A stretch of 60,339 nucleotides of DNA, the filler included. It is 5 parts of 5 records of this genome, joined end to end, with 100 filler letters (N's around TTAATTAATTAA, not from the genome) between each part and the next. Parts side by side here need not be neighbours in the genome. Positions count along the whole stretch, not along the records: positions 1 to 14,836 come from SRR31156797_28616; 4 more parts are not named here. One strand, given 5' to 3'. Made by a program: the position numbers and the translations under genes. Below the pieces are notes generated by a model. The model was not told the DNA's origin. It saw nothing but the letters and a program-made list of their open reading frames with translations, and did not search any database. Shown here piece after piece: positions 1 to 9,628 of this stretch (position 1 is the stretch's first letter; each line of letters begins with the position of its first letter).

Positions 1-22
1 TCAGCTCTGCTTAGCATTAAAA
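1..22. repeat. 22-bp direct repeat, left copy (TCAGCTCTGCTTAGCATTAAAA)
   Basis: Identical to 14815-14836, the last 22 bases of this block. Confidence 0.95.
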
Positions 23-67
23 ATTGAAGGGCTAGATAGTGTCGTTAAGCCACTAAAGCGCATGTAG
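2..67 (+). CDS. 3' end of a DUF3820 (YpeB-like) small protein gene, 5'-truncated by the window start
   Basis: Reads QLCLALKIEGLDSVVKPLKRM*, matching my recollection of the C-terminus of Vibrio DUF3820 proteins (...GELGELLQLCLALKIEGLDSVVKPLKRM). Not in the ORF track. Confidence 0.75.
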   Translation, partial: QLCLALKIEGLDSVVKPLKRM

Positions 68-108
68 CCTGCTGCACAAGCTCATTATTGATACGCGAAA
101 GACTGACT

Positions 109-351
109 ATGAATATAGATATAGAAGCACTAAAACACCATCAACTAGTAGAAGATGGCCCCTTAGAAGGGTGTTACATTCATCAACCGGCCAAAGGCAG
201 TCAGCAAGATGACAAAGCCGTTTTGTCAGAACGTCGAGCCTTAGAAAAAATGGGATTTAAGGTAATGCAGGTTCAGGCGAAAGGCAGAACAACAACGTTT
301 GCCGAGGCGATGCAACAATTGGTAATCAGCCGAGATAACCAATCTACGTAA
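109..351 (+). CDS. Small hypothetical protein (~80 aa)
   Basis: ORF 88..351, with ATG at 109 (MNIDIEALKHH...). Protein-like composition, no recognisable motif. Confidence 0.65.
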   Translation: MNIDIEALKHHQLVEDGPLEGCYIHQPAKGSQQDDKAVLSERRALEKMGFKVMQVQAKGRTTTFAEAMQQLVISRDNQST

Positions 352-420
352 TTGCCAGTTGTAACCAAAGCCTCCTTCCCACATCGAAATGACCAATGGT
401 CTTCATTTGAAAAGTCCGCA

Positions 421-450
421 TATTGGGGTTGACTCATTTCTGCCCCAATA
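421..450. repeat. Intergenic hairpin TATTGGGG-N14-CCCCAATA, member of a GGGGCA/TGCCCC hairpin family
   Basis: 8-bp perfect stem. Shares CTCATTTCTGCCC (433-445) with 8193-8205. Confidence 0.6.
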
Positions 451-782
451 CGAGTTTACCGTGTTGACAGTTCGCTTTTCTAGGCAAGAGTTCGACTTAC
501 TTTTCCTAATACCTTTGGTGTGTTCTAAGATATAGGGGGCTTGCTATTCAGAATAACCGAACAGCCCAAAATGGATTATCTCGGTGTATGTTTCCGCACA
601 CTGTTAAGTGATCTTCACTTTTCTCATATAACCTATGCTATCCTACCTCAGGCAGGTGGCTGATTTAACGTAAGTTACTGCTAGTAAACAAAGCATAAAC
701 TGCAAAGAGCCTAGAGCTTGTACCTCGCACATTTATGAATATCCAGATAGTCAACCCAGCAAACAACGGTCAGTTAAGCTAA

Positions 783-3131
783 ATGGAAAGATTGAGCATT
801 ACTACACACCTGATTTCAGTTCTCACTGCTTTCTCCGCATTCACTATGCCTATAGCCCTTGAGGTTCTTAACCGTGTAAAAACCCGCTACGGGTCTGCAT
901 ACTACATGGATGCTATCGAACAAAAAATGGGGTTCAAAATTCAATTCCTTTTCCGTGAACTTATCCTCACGCTGATTACACTGATTTGTTTTGCGCTTTA
1001 TGTTAGCTCTGTTGATAAGAACACTTTCTCTGATAATTATGTTTTGTTTTTCGAAACTTTATTCTTGCTCATCACGTCTACCTTACTAATCAAAGAGTTC
1101 AGATTTATACAAATAGTTTTCCTCGCCACACGTTCAGACAGTTTGGTCACAGAACACCTTATTTCGAAACTATCAAAGACCGATAGCAGCGACGCAAGTC
1201 ATGCGATAGAAATTGAACTACTTGTACAAATTGCAAGCTTCAACATTGGAAATTCAATATCTTATTTCGAAACACCAACGGAACAAAAACTGTTCAAGCT
1301 AATTGAAAACGCCTATACCAACCAAAGTAACTCGATCTCTCACGTTACGATAAAGAAGTTACTTGGTGAATTAGCAGTGACTTTAACGTCAGCTAGAAGC
1401 ACCGGAAGTCGCGATAAATACGTATTTTTACAAAGGGACTATGGCAAGCACTTAGTATTATTCTTCGATAGAAAGATTAAAAATTATGATGCATTTGAAC
1501 GCTTTAGTACAAATCTCTACGAAGAAAGCATAAAAGAACTAAACTCTGACCAATACTGGCTTTTGAGAGCTGATTTTCTAATTGGTGTACACACATGGGA
1601 CATACAAAGCCCACAAACAATCCTCTTTATAGATAGACACGTGCGAAGCCTAATCGACTTTCTGGTTGATAAAAAGCCTGATCTATTACCCGAATTAATA
1701 GATAACTATAGAAGCTTTGTTTCCTACGAGAGCTACTTTAGTGATGATATTTATCAGCTCTCAAGCCTCTTTGGTGGCAACAACTTTGAGCACTTTGACG
1801 AAATGAGCAGCTTCACGGAGACCCATAAGGAACTGCTAAATAACAACCCTCAAGAGTACATTAATAAATTTCTCTTACTCCTAGATAAATACACACAAGA
1901 CGCATTAGCCCCTGACGTATCTGCGGAGAGGTATCAAGAAATAAAAGAAATCGCCTCAGAGTTCGAAAAAAACATGGTTGAAGAGATAATAAAAGCAGTT
2001 GGAGCACAAACTGCCAAAAGAACAGCTCAGTACACACTTAGAGCCTTAGCGCAAAACGACCAATGGCGTTGCATTTTAGATTGCCATGAAAGCTTCAACC
2101 CTGCGTATTCAAAAGCTACGCATTTAGGCATAAACCTCCTCCCCGCCTCTTTGAGCAGCGTAATCCAACAGCTTGGAAGACCTCATGGGTATAGCTCACT
2201 AAACTCAGAAGAACTTGGTATTGCATACATTCGAGCCTTACCCATTCTCGTGATGTACGCCCTTTACTGCTGGCGTGTCCAAAACCTAGATAAAGAACTA
2301 AACACAGGTATCGACACCATAACCAGCTCTATAAACATGAGTGAAAAGACAATTCAAATTACAAAAAGAATGCTTAGTGAACTAAAGCAATCTATGTACT
2401 ATGCCCAGTCTCCAACTTATGCTGAGGTATTTTGCTCTCACTTTGACATCAGACATGAAGAGGCTGCATTCAACAATTCAGTAATTCCCATTCTTCATAA
2501 AGTCGTGAAGTATTTAGAAGAACAGCTAATAGAGCTGAGAAAGACACAACCACTCAGCGAGCAAATCAAGCAAAAACACATTGACAAGATTTTAATGAAA
2601 GGTATTGATTTAGCGACTAAGTTCCCACTGCTCAGTTGTGTATTTCTTTTCAAACAAAAGCAAGAACCAATTAAATTCCCCCCAATAACACATACTAGGG
2701 AGGAATTTCTTGATAATACTGGTGTTGGGTATGCCTTATCTAATCGCGGCATCATAGAGAGCATTCACAATGAGATTGCTGTACAACAGATAACTACTGT
2801 CGGGTCACCAATTTGCGACCTTAACCTTAACGACATAAGAGACAATCACACTATCATCATTAGTCACAAAGACTGGCGAGCCCTAAATGAGTCTAGTTGC
2901 GCTGATAAGCTAAGAAACATCAACAGACATTTAGTTCGCTCTAATGCTCCACTAGATGCGTTCTACATTCATGACACAAGTTCATGCAGTCCAATAGCAA
3001 AACTATACTCACAAAAGAATGACGGAGTGACAAAGCTCACCAGTGAACACATAGATCACGCATTTGAATTTAACTTCAAAGATGAAGATGGCGCAGTCGC
3101 AATAGAGATAGACGCTCACATTTACTTTTAA
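783..3131 (+). CDS. Large hypothetical protein (782 aa) with N-terminal transmembrane helices and a long soluble, probably helical region
   Basis: Long ORF with about three hydrophobic segments in the first ~115 aa. No catalytic motif recognised. Confidence 0.85.
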   Translation: MERLSITTHLISVLTAFSAFTMPIALEVLNRVKTRYGSAYYMDAIEQKMGFKIQFLFRELILTLITLICFALYVSSVDKNTFSDNYVLFFETLFLLITSTLLIKEFRFIQIVFLATRSDSLVTEHLISKLSKTDSSDASHAIEIELLVQIASFNIGNSISYFETPTEQKLFKLIENAYTNQSNSISHVTIKKLLGELAVTLTSARSTGSRDKYVFLQRDYGKHLVLFFDRKIKNYDAFERFSTNLYEESIKELNSDQYWLLRADFLIGVHTWDIQSPQTILFIDRHVRSLIDFLVDKKPDLLPELIDNYRSFVSYESYFSDDIYQLSSLFGGNNFEHFDEMSSFTETHKELLNNNPQEYINKFLLLLDKYTQDALAPDVSAERYQEIKEIASEFEKNMVEEIIKAVGAQTAKRTAQYTLRALAQNDQWRCILDCHESFNPAYSKATHLGINLLPASLSSVIQQLGRPHGYSSLNSEELGIAYIRALPILVMYALYCWRVQNLDKELNTGIDTITSSINMSEKTIQITKRMLSELKQSMYYAQSPTYAEVFCSHFDIRHEEAAFNNSVIPILHKVVKYLEEQLIELRKTQPLSEQIKQKHIDKILMKGIDLATKFPLLSCVFLFKQKQEPIKFPPITHTREEFLDNTGVGYALSNRGIIESIHNEIAVQQITTVGSPICDLNLNDIRDNHTIIISHKDWRALNESSCADKLRNINRHLVRSNAPLDAFYIHDTSSCSPIAKLYSQKNDGVTKLTSEHIDHAFEFNFKDEDGAVAIEIDAHIYF

Positions 3132-3445
3132 CGGGATGGTAAAGTTGAAGCTCCTGATTTTCGTTGAGCTGAATTTGCGATACTGTAGCTAATCCGTGAC
3201 TAGCAAATTTTGCAAAGCCCCTAAAACATTGTTGTCCAGAACTGTTTCATTCGGCACTTTCTAGCAAGAAAGTGCGCCATTTTTAGCTGAAGTAAAAGCT
3301 ACCCATACTCAGTTAATGTACATTAGCCCTATAAAAAGTTATTTTACTCTAGATTGATATTCAATATTTTTCATGTGGCTCGTTCAGTGACTTTGCTAAT
3401 GAAGCGATTGACTTTATTGATCTTTTCTCTAATTTAAACGGATTT

Positions 3446-4519
3446 TTGATGCTCGCCATTCCTTTACCATTTATCGCTGCATTGTTGTTATTGATGACAG
3501 GAGTGTTACTTCGATACAAATATCCACAAACTAGTCAGAAGTCATTTTGGTTTACCATTCTGTGTGCGTTCATGGTCACTACAGTGGGGTTACGGTGGAC
3601 ACTAGATATTGCGTTGTTTCGTTTCCTGCAGCCTATTCTCGGTGCGAGTGTACCAGTGGTGGCTTGGCTCTGCTTTTCGGGGGGACATAAGAATAAACCA
3701 AACTTAAAATTACACTGGTTTGGTCCTATCACTGTTCTGATTGCCTCATTATTGTATGGGCATGTCTGGATTGGACTCGTTGATATACTGGTCAACTCAT
3801 TATATTTCGCCTACGGTAGTTTGTTATTGAAGTCATCGTTTAGTACGCCAGAAAAAGTCCGGCTAACCGATGTACCGAGAGTGATCGTTGCTGAACGACT
3901 TGCAGGTGGACTTCTTCTGTTTTCCGCTTTAGTTGATAGTGTACTCTCTTACGATATCTTGTTGTTAAACGCCCAGCATAGCAACCTGATATTGTCGGTG
4001 GGATACCTTGTCCTTATTCCTGCAATTGTGGTCTCTGTGATGGTGGTAAGTATAAGTACACCTCCCAACGAAAAGCACTCTATAGCGCAGGCCGTACCTT
4101 CAACGTCAGACTACTATCTTGACGACGTCGATATGCCAATTAAATTAGCGAAAGGCTTAGATGAAGACCAAGTGGAAGAAGTAACGCAAATCATTGCTAA
4201 GTTCGATAACTTAATGAGAGAAAAGCAAATATTCAAGGATCCAGATTTATCTCTTAACAAACTGGCGAGAAAGTTAGGTATTCCGGCTCGTAAAATATCG
4301 TCAGCGGTTAATCAAGCTTACAATCAGAATATTTCTAAGGTGATCAATACGTATCGAATAGAGCACGCTAAGACCTTACTTAAGCAAAATGACGAGTCGA
4401 TAACAGAAATCTTCCTTAGTTCAGGTTTTCACACTAAGTCTAATTTCAATCGCGAATTTTCAAGGATAACGGGGCAAACTCCGAGTGAGTTTCGAAGTTC
4501 GCCGCCAGTGTTAGATTGA
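3446..4519 (+). CDS. AraC-family regulator with N-terminal multi-pass membrane sensor domain
   Basis: About 200 hydrophobic N-terminal residues, then the AraC double HTH (DPDLSLNKLARKLGIP...ITEIFLSSGFHTKSNFNREFSRITGQTPSEFR). Confidence 0.9.
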   Translation: MMLAIPLPFIAALLLLMTGVLLRYKYPQTSQKSFWFTILCAFMVTTVGLRWTLDIALFRFLQPILGASVPVVAWLCFSGGHKNKPNLKLHWFGPITVLIASLLYGHVWIGLVDILVNSLYFAYGSLLLKSSFSTPEKVRLTDVPRVIVAERLAGGLLLFSALVDSVLSYDILLLNAQHSNLILSVGYLVLIPAIVVSVMVVSISTPPNEKHSIAQAVPSTSDYYLDDVDMPIKLAKGLDEDQVEEVTQIIAKFDNLMREKQIFKDPDLSLNKLARKLGIPARKISSAVNQAYNQNISKVINTYRIEHAKTLLKQNDESITEIFLSSGFHTKSNFNREFSRITGQTPSEFRSSPPVLD

Positions 4520-4536
4520 GTGTAATAGCTTCCCAT

Positions 4537-5553
4537 TTATCGATTTAGAAAACTAACAATGTCATTCAATATCAGTTGATGCAGTTCGTCGCGTGATGTG
4601 CTTACACCATCTTTACAAATAATGCTATCACCCGGCACTTCATCTTCAAGTATTACTTCGGCTCCCGGTTTACAGTCTTGAATGAAGCTAAAATGTGTTG
4701 CGTTTTCATAGACCTTGTACCGTCTTGAATAAAGAGGTATGTGTTCGGCAATGTAACCAGATTCTAATGCTTGTGGTAGATCCCCTATATCAATTCCAGC
4801 CGCTAGAATTAGAGTCGGCACCGAGATGTCATTTAAGCTGTTAATTGAAAAGCTACCAGCAAGCCCCAAATCAAGACTAACCACACGTTTGATTCTCGGA
4901 TCTGAAAGATCTTTGCTGCTTGGTTCTTGAGCTTGCACTTTCGATAGCCCGAGCTCTTCAGCAAGACCACAAGTTCGTGGGTTCGGGTATATCAAACAAC
5001 GAGACTCGAAGGTTTGCCTGTCCACTTTAGCACCGGCCAATTGCATCACGGTCCAGCCACCTAATGAATGGCCGATCGCGGTGACATTGTCGGCATTCAC
5101 ATGCCTCTTCCATCGCGCTGCCGTTAATAAGTGATCGAGAACTCGTGATATATCGCGAGGTCGTCCCCACCACTTTGCTGCTTGTTTTGGAGAGTGGTCG
5201 AAGGTGGTGGTTCCAGGGTGGTCAGCAGCCGCTACTATATAGCCACGCTTGGCAATTTCGGTCGCTAACCAGTTTTGATTCCGCCAATTTCCTCGGTAGC
5301 CATGAGATAACAGAACCACTGGGAAAGTGCTAGATTGGATCTGAGCGTCTTTGATAATTCTCGTACCAACGAAGGCAGGGTTATCACCAATCAAGGTTGT
5401 ATTTGAAACCTCTTGAGTGGGATACCAAATGGTAGTATTTAGAGGGCGTTTAGGATCGTCTGTTAAGGTGATTTGAGTGAACCCGACACCAGAGGCGATG
5501 GCATTACTAGAAAGAAAAAGTAAGGATGTAAACAATAAATGTGCCCATTTCAT
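4537..5553 (-). CDS. Exported alpha/beta hydrolase (dienelactone hydrolase/PAF-acetylhydrolase-like)
   Basis: Signal peptide (..SSNAIA), oxyanion LSHG, nucleophile GHSLGG, late His (ATHFSF). Confidence 0.85.
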   Translation of the reverse strand: MKWAHLLFTSLLFLSSNAIASGVGFTQITLTDDPKRPLNTTIWYPTQEVSNTTLIGDNPAFVGTRIIKDAQIQSSTFPVVLLSHGYRGNWRNQNWLATEIAKRGYIVAAADHPGTTTFDHSPKQAAKWWGRPRDISRVLDHLLTAARWKRHVNADNVTAIGHSLGGWTVMQLAGAKVDRQTFESRCLIYPNPRTCGLAEELGLSKVQAQEPSSKDLSDPRIKRVVSLDLGLAGSFSINSLNDISVPTLILAAGIDIGDLPQALESGYIAEHIPLYSRRYKVYENATHFSFIQDCKPGAEVILEDEVPGDSIICKDGVSTSRDELHQLILNDIVSFLNR

Positions 5554-5781
5554 GGGGTTAGCTCCAATTGAAGTTAGTGGAGCGAATATGCGTCAAGGCT
5601 AGATATTACGAGACCTAAAACACGATCGAGGACGTCCTAAATCGTATTTTAGGAGTTCGTTCAGCAAACGGAAACTTCACAAACGCCTAAGGCCTCAACA
5701 TATTTTTCCTGATCCAACAGATACTAATTAGATCGATTGACCTAAAACGTTTCTGTCCAGAGGCGTGCCCGTGCCGATCAC

Positions 5782-5802
5782 GGCAAATCCACCTTTGCCC
5801 CA
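5782..5802. repeat. Intergenic hairpin GGCAAA-N6-TTTGCC(CCA)
   Basis: 6-bp stem ending TGCCCCA. Same design as 9114-9136 in the opposite orientation. Confidence 0.45.
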
Positions 5803-5940
5803 TTTCCGCTTAAAGTCATTACTCATAACATTCTTTGGTATCAATATTTGGCCAAATTTACCTAATGATTCAATCTGATTCAGGCTAGCTCATAATGTGG
5901 ACTGTTTTGTGTCCACTGTTCTGGTAGCAATTCAATCACG

Positions 5941-6810
5941 TTACTTTTTGAGATAGAGTATAAGTTGTTGTTTTAATTCGTTATATAACTGTTCCTGTAC
6001 TTTTTCTAACTTATATTGATTACGATCGAGGCACAACCTAAGTTTTCCAAGAATCGGCAAACCATCCAACTTACTAATAGTATCCGGGTGACTGAAAGAA
6101 GAGCGAACCGTAACTCCTAAGCCAGCATCAACAGCGCTCCATAAATTACTCAGGCTTCGGCCTACAAAGGTAATTTTCCATGGAATTCCATCTCGATCTA
6201 ATGCTGCTGTGGCTTGTTGCCTGATAATGCAAGAACCATCAAGCATGACGAGTGGTACAGGTTTAGAGGTATCAATGGATTCTTTAAGATATTTGTTTGC
6301 TGGCCCATACCAGTACAGTGGTAACTCTGCCAGATGCTCACTATACGGCGCTGATTTTTCACCTTCCCAGCCTAATGAAAAGTCTAACTCACCAGATTGA
6401 ATGCCATTCATCAACTCCTGATGGCGCCCAACAATGGATTGCAATAGTAAATTTGGATGTGAGCGAGAATATATACCTAACAATTGCGGCAATAGCACAT
6501 CGCTAAAATCTTCTTGTAAGCCAAAAACCACTTTCCCCGACAGTGAATTTTCCACTAACTGGTTCAGAGCTTCATCATTTAACTGAATCATGCGCCTGGC
6601 ATAAGCCAAAATGATTTCACCTGCTTCAGTCGGCTCTAGATGTCGGCCAATTTTGGTCACTAAAGGTGTGTTGCACTGATGCTCTAGTTTTTTTAGCTGG
6701 GCACTGGCCGCAGAAGGTGAACGATTAAGTCGTTCAGCCGCAGTTGCAAAACTGCCTAACTCAATTCCTAAGACAAAACATCGTAAGGCATCTAAATCCA
6801 GACTTCGCAT
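5941..6810 (-). CDS. LysR-type transcriptional regulator
   Basis: N-terminal LysR HTH (LDLDALRCF...GSFATAAERLNRSPSAASAQLKKLE), 289 aa, divergent from the CMD operon. Confidence 0.95.
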   Translation of the reverse strand: MRSLDLDALRCFVLGIELGSFATAAERLNRSPSAASAQLKKLEHQCNTPLVTKIGRHLEPTEAGEIILAYARRMIQLNDEALNQLVENSLSGKVVFGLQEDFSDVLLPQLLGIYSRSHPNLLLQSIVGRHQELMNGIQSGELDFSLGWEGEKSAPYSEHLAELPLYWYGPANKYLKESIDTSKPVPLVMLDGSCIIRQQATAALDRDGIPWKITFVGRSLSNLWSAVDAGLGVTVRSSFSHPDTISKLDGLPILGKLRLCLDRNQYKLEKVQEQLYNELKQQLILYLKK

Positions 6811-6839
6811 ATTTCATTGTCCTGAAAATCAAAATTATT

Positions 6840-6858
6840 AATCAAAATAGTTTTGATT
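6840..6858. promoter_or_regulatory. Dyad AATCAAAA-TAG-TTTTGATT, candidate LysR binding site
   Basis: 8-bp inverted repeat in the short divergent intergenic region. Confidence 0.45.
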
Positions 6859-6918
6859 TTTTATCTTAAAAATTCAACTTATTCTTTTCCAGTCGACGAA
6901 AAAAACCAGGGGAAATAT

Positions 6919-7245
6919 ATGGATACAAAAGAACAATACTTAATGGAAATTTTTGCCAAAGTTGCTCCACAATTTCATCAATTTACGGAAGATGTCTTGT
7001 TTGGAGAGGTTTGGCGTGATGATAGTCTAAGTCCTCGTGATAGAAGTTTGATAACAGTAACCGCGTTAGTGGTCTTAAATCGAATGGAACAACTTCCGGG
7101 TCATTTATCACGAGCATACGGTAATGGACTTACTGCAAAAGAATTGAGTGCTGCAATGACTCATCTTGCATTTTATGCCGGTTGGCCTGTAACGGCTTCT
7201 GCACTTGAACGGTTAGATGATATGGACCACGAGAGGAATGACTGA
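6919..7245 (+). CDS. Carboxymuconolactone decarboxylase (CMD) family protein
   Basis: DVLFGEVW...LSPRDRSLITVTAL...THLAFYAGWP signature. ATG at 6919 follows AGGGG. Confidence 0.9.
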   Translation: MDTKEQYLMEIFAKVAPQFHQFTEDVLFGEVWRDDSLSPRDRSLITVTALVVLNRMEQLPGHLSRAYGNGLTAKELSAAMTHLAFYAGWPVTASALERLDDMDHERND

Positions 7246-7649
7246 TGCCAATGACACGAATTACTATAGGTAATGAGTTATTTGAAAACTATAAGCATCA
7301 AATTTCGCATATTCTCCAGCAATGTTTAGAAGGTTGTTTTGCTGTACCAAATGGAGACTGTTTTCAAATATTCGACATTCATACCCCACAGCAAAAGGTC
7401 TTTAATTCGCATTATCCAAATCTGGCCAAAAGTCGTAGTGAATCTGGGATTTTGTTTCACATATTCGCCGGAAAATCGCGTGACCATGAACAAAAGCGAG
7501 CCTTGTACAAAGCGCTGTGTGAGCAACTTCAGGCCCTAACCCCCATTCGTAAAGAAGATATTATGATCATTATTCAATTCAATAGCGCGGAAGACTGGTC
7601 TTTTTCTTCTGGTGAGTCATGGAAAGATGAAATGGAGACAATACGATGA
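7245..7649 (+). CDS. Tautomerase family protein (Pro1 type)
   Basis: Starts MP (catalytic Pro1), contains FAVPNGDCFQI and EDWSFSSG. TGATG coupling to the CMD gene. Confidence 0.85.
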   Translation: MPMTRITIGNELFENYKHQISHILQQCLEGCFAVPNGDCFQIFDIHTPQQKVFNSHYPNLAKSRSESGILFHIFAGKSRDHEQKRALYKALCEQLQALTPIRKEDIMIIIQFNSAEDWSFSSGESWKDEMETIR

Positions 7650-8125
7650 TAGCAATGCAATATAAAATCGTTCTCCCGTCGGATTATCCGATGGAAAAAA
7701 TAGAAACTCGTATCAGGGAAAAAGGACATTTGTTAGATGGGTATCCAGGCTTAGTCTTTAAGGCCTACCTTTATTCACGAAAAGATGCGGAATATTATAC
7801 AAGCAGCAACAGTTATGCTCCCTTTTACGTTTGGAAAGATCATCACTCTATGGTGGCCTTTCTGAGAAGTGAAGGATTTAACGGGCTATGCGAGCAGTTT
7901 GGTCGACCGAAAGTAAGAATGTGGTTTATAGAGGATGAACCAATAATACCAAATTCAAAATGTCCGCTTGCATGTATAGACAATCAGGTCATTCAGGATG
8001 CGGATATTCACGGTCTCAACTTTACCTCTTGGGAAACTGTGAGTGTCTCGTGGTTCAGTCAACCAGAGTTAGCCGATAAAATGAGTGGCGATATCTATTC
8101 TATCGGTTATATAGCTCACGGTTAG
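7646..8125 (+). CDS. DUF4865-like protein (putative monooxygenase-fold)
   Basis: MIAMQYKIVLPSDYPM...GHLLDGYPGLVFKAYL...NSYAPFYVW. ATGA overlap with the upstream gene. Confidence 0.75.
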   Translation: MIAMQYKIVLPSDYPMEKIETRIREKGHLLDGYPGLVFKAYLYSRKDAEYYTSSNSYAPFYVWKDHHSMVAFLRSEGFNGLCEQFGRPKVRMWFIEDEPIIPNSKCPLACIDNQVIQDADIHGLNFTSWETVSVSWFSQPELADKMSGDIYSIGYIAHG

Positions 8126-8180
8126 AATAGAATTTAATGAACAATTAAAAATGGTGCTCGTTTTTCGTTGGGCCAGATTC

Positions 8181-8206
8181 AGGGTGAACTGGCTCATTTC
8201 TGCCCT
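8181..8206. repeat. Intergenic hairpin AGGGTGAACTGGCTCATTTCTGCCCT
   Basis: 13-bp identity with 433-445 and self-complementary ends. Confidence 0.6.
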
Positions 8207-8450
8207 ATTGTGTGCTACACAATGTTTTCTGGACTCGATTTATTTGTCATTAATTGAATTATTTTTGGTAATACTAAAAACGATAACCTTGTCCAGCTTG
8301 TTTTCGGCTTCCTAAAGTTAATATTCAGATTCAACCGATAATCGCGTATCGTAGATTGCCTAGCGTATGTGTCGTGCAACTGACGTGGAAAACTTATAAC
8401 TCTCCTGCAATAATTGTTTTTTGTATGTCTTCTGGGAAAAGTTGTAAACG

Positions 8451-9002
8451 ATGGTAAATCAAGAACTAATCAAAAAGCTTCGTTCTGGAAAGTTCTGGTC
8501 TCAGGAGCAATTGGCACTGATTGCAGGTATAAGCCTTCGAACAATTCAAAGAATAGAGAGTGAAGGTAAGTGTTCGTTAGAATCAAAGAAAGCTATTGCG
8601 GCTGCTTTTGAAGTCGATGTTGCTGAATTAAGTCTTGAATCAGAATCAACGATTTTAGATGTAAATGATAGTAGAAAAGAAGATGCTATATCATGGTTAG
8701 AGACCGTTGATTTAGGTGAGTATGCCTTAAGTTGGAGTGAGGCTGCTCCTGTATTTCAAGAAAGAATATCAAGTTCCAAATGGAAAAGAATTCTCACCCA
8801 AATACGCGCACCTTTAGGGCAAATTATTTCTCGCTCAGTTGAGAGAGCATCTGAACACAACTCTCTTCCTGGAGTTGCCGATGGTCAGTATCTTGTTATC
8901 AATTTTGCAGCAAGTTTTGGTCAAAAAAGCTCGGCTATAGAAACTGTAACGTTGCAGAAAGTAGCGAACAAATGGCGAGTGGCAGGATATTTCATTAAAT
9001 GA
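8451..9002 (+). CDS. XRE-family HTH fused to a DUF4019-like domain
   Basis: IKKLR...WSQEQLALIAGISLRTIQRIE HTH. C-terminal RAPLG...LPGVADGQY...ETVTL...WRVAGYFIK. Confidence 0.85.
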   Translation: MVNQELIKKLRSGKFWSQEQLALIAGISLRTIQRIESEGKCSLESKKAIAAAFEVDVAELSLESESTILDVNDSRKEDAISWLETVDLGEYALSWSEAAPVFQERISSSKWKRILTQIRAPLGQIISRSVERASEHNSLPGVADGQYLVINFAASFGQKSSAIETVTLQKVANKWRVAGYFIK

Positions 9003-9113
9003 GGAATCAAAATTGCGAATAGTCCAATCAATAAACAAAGATAGTTGATGCTCCTTAAAAGTTTTTGCTGACATGTAAATGCCCCATTCTGTTTCAGCCT
9101 CAGAATCCATGCC

Positions 9114-9238
9114 TGGGGCAAAATTGCTACTTTGCCTTAAAATTTCTAATATCAGTATTGAGTCTTTATTGCAGATAGCTAAATATAGAGCATGGTAAAC
9201 GAGTATTAGCAAATTAGGGGCAGTGACTGAATCACCCC
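9114..9238. repeat. Two hairpins: TGGGGCAAAATTGCTACTTTGCC (9114-9136) and TAGGGGCAGTGACTGAATCACCCC (9215-9238)
   Basis: Both begin GGGGCA. Their reverse complements resemble 5782-5802 and 425-448 respectively. Confidence 0.5.
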
Positions 9239-9251
9239 CCTTCCTAATGAA

Positions 9252-9578
9252 TTACATCTTGTGAATTTCGGTGATATACGTAACGGCAACGTTTTGTGCA
9301 AAATTAGGCACGTCGGCAAAAGTTTTCTTGGCTACGTCACTTTCAAACGCTGTTTCAGCATCGGCTAATGAATCAAACCACAGTTCAGAAAAACCATCGA
9401 TAGGTGAGTCAGGGTACAATCGACGATCTATAGGGTTGACCGTGTATTTTCGTAATCCAGGAACATGAATGGCGAGCTCTGAGTGCACTTTCGTCCAGTA
9501 ATCAACAAATTCTTCAAACGTTTGGTCGGCACGTTTAGTGATAAGGCCAACATGTTTAAACCCGTTAGGTGTGGTCAT
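9252..9578 (-). CDS. EthD-family protein (dimeric alpha-beta barrel)
   Basis: KRADQTFEEFVDYWTKVH...VPGLRKY...DGFSELWFDS. Confidence 0.85.
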   Translation of the reverse strand: MTTPNGFKHVGLITKRADQTFEEFVDYWTKVHSELAIHVPGLRKYTVNPIDRRLYPDSPIDGFSELWFDSLADAETAFESDVAKKTFADVPNFAQNVAVTYITEIHKM

Positions 9579-9628
9579 AATATTTTCTCTAGTATTAGAT
9601 ATAAATTGAGATTTGATTTCGTGAAGTG

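Noticed and set aside
351..9250. Integron attC/VCR cassette array in block 1
   Set aside because: No paired RYYYAAC...GTTRRRY ~120-bp repeats were found, modules have their own regulators and both orientations, and there is no intI. ACAAACGCCT near 5680 is only a short VCR-like word.
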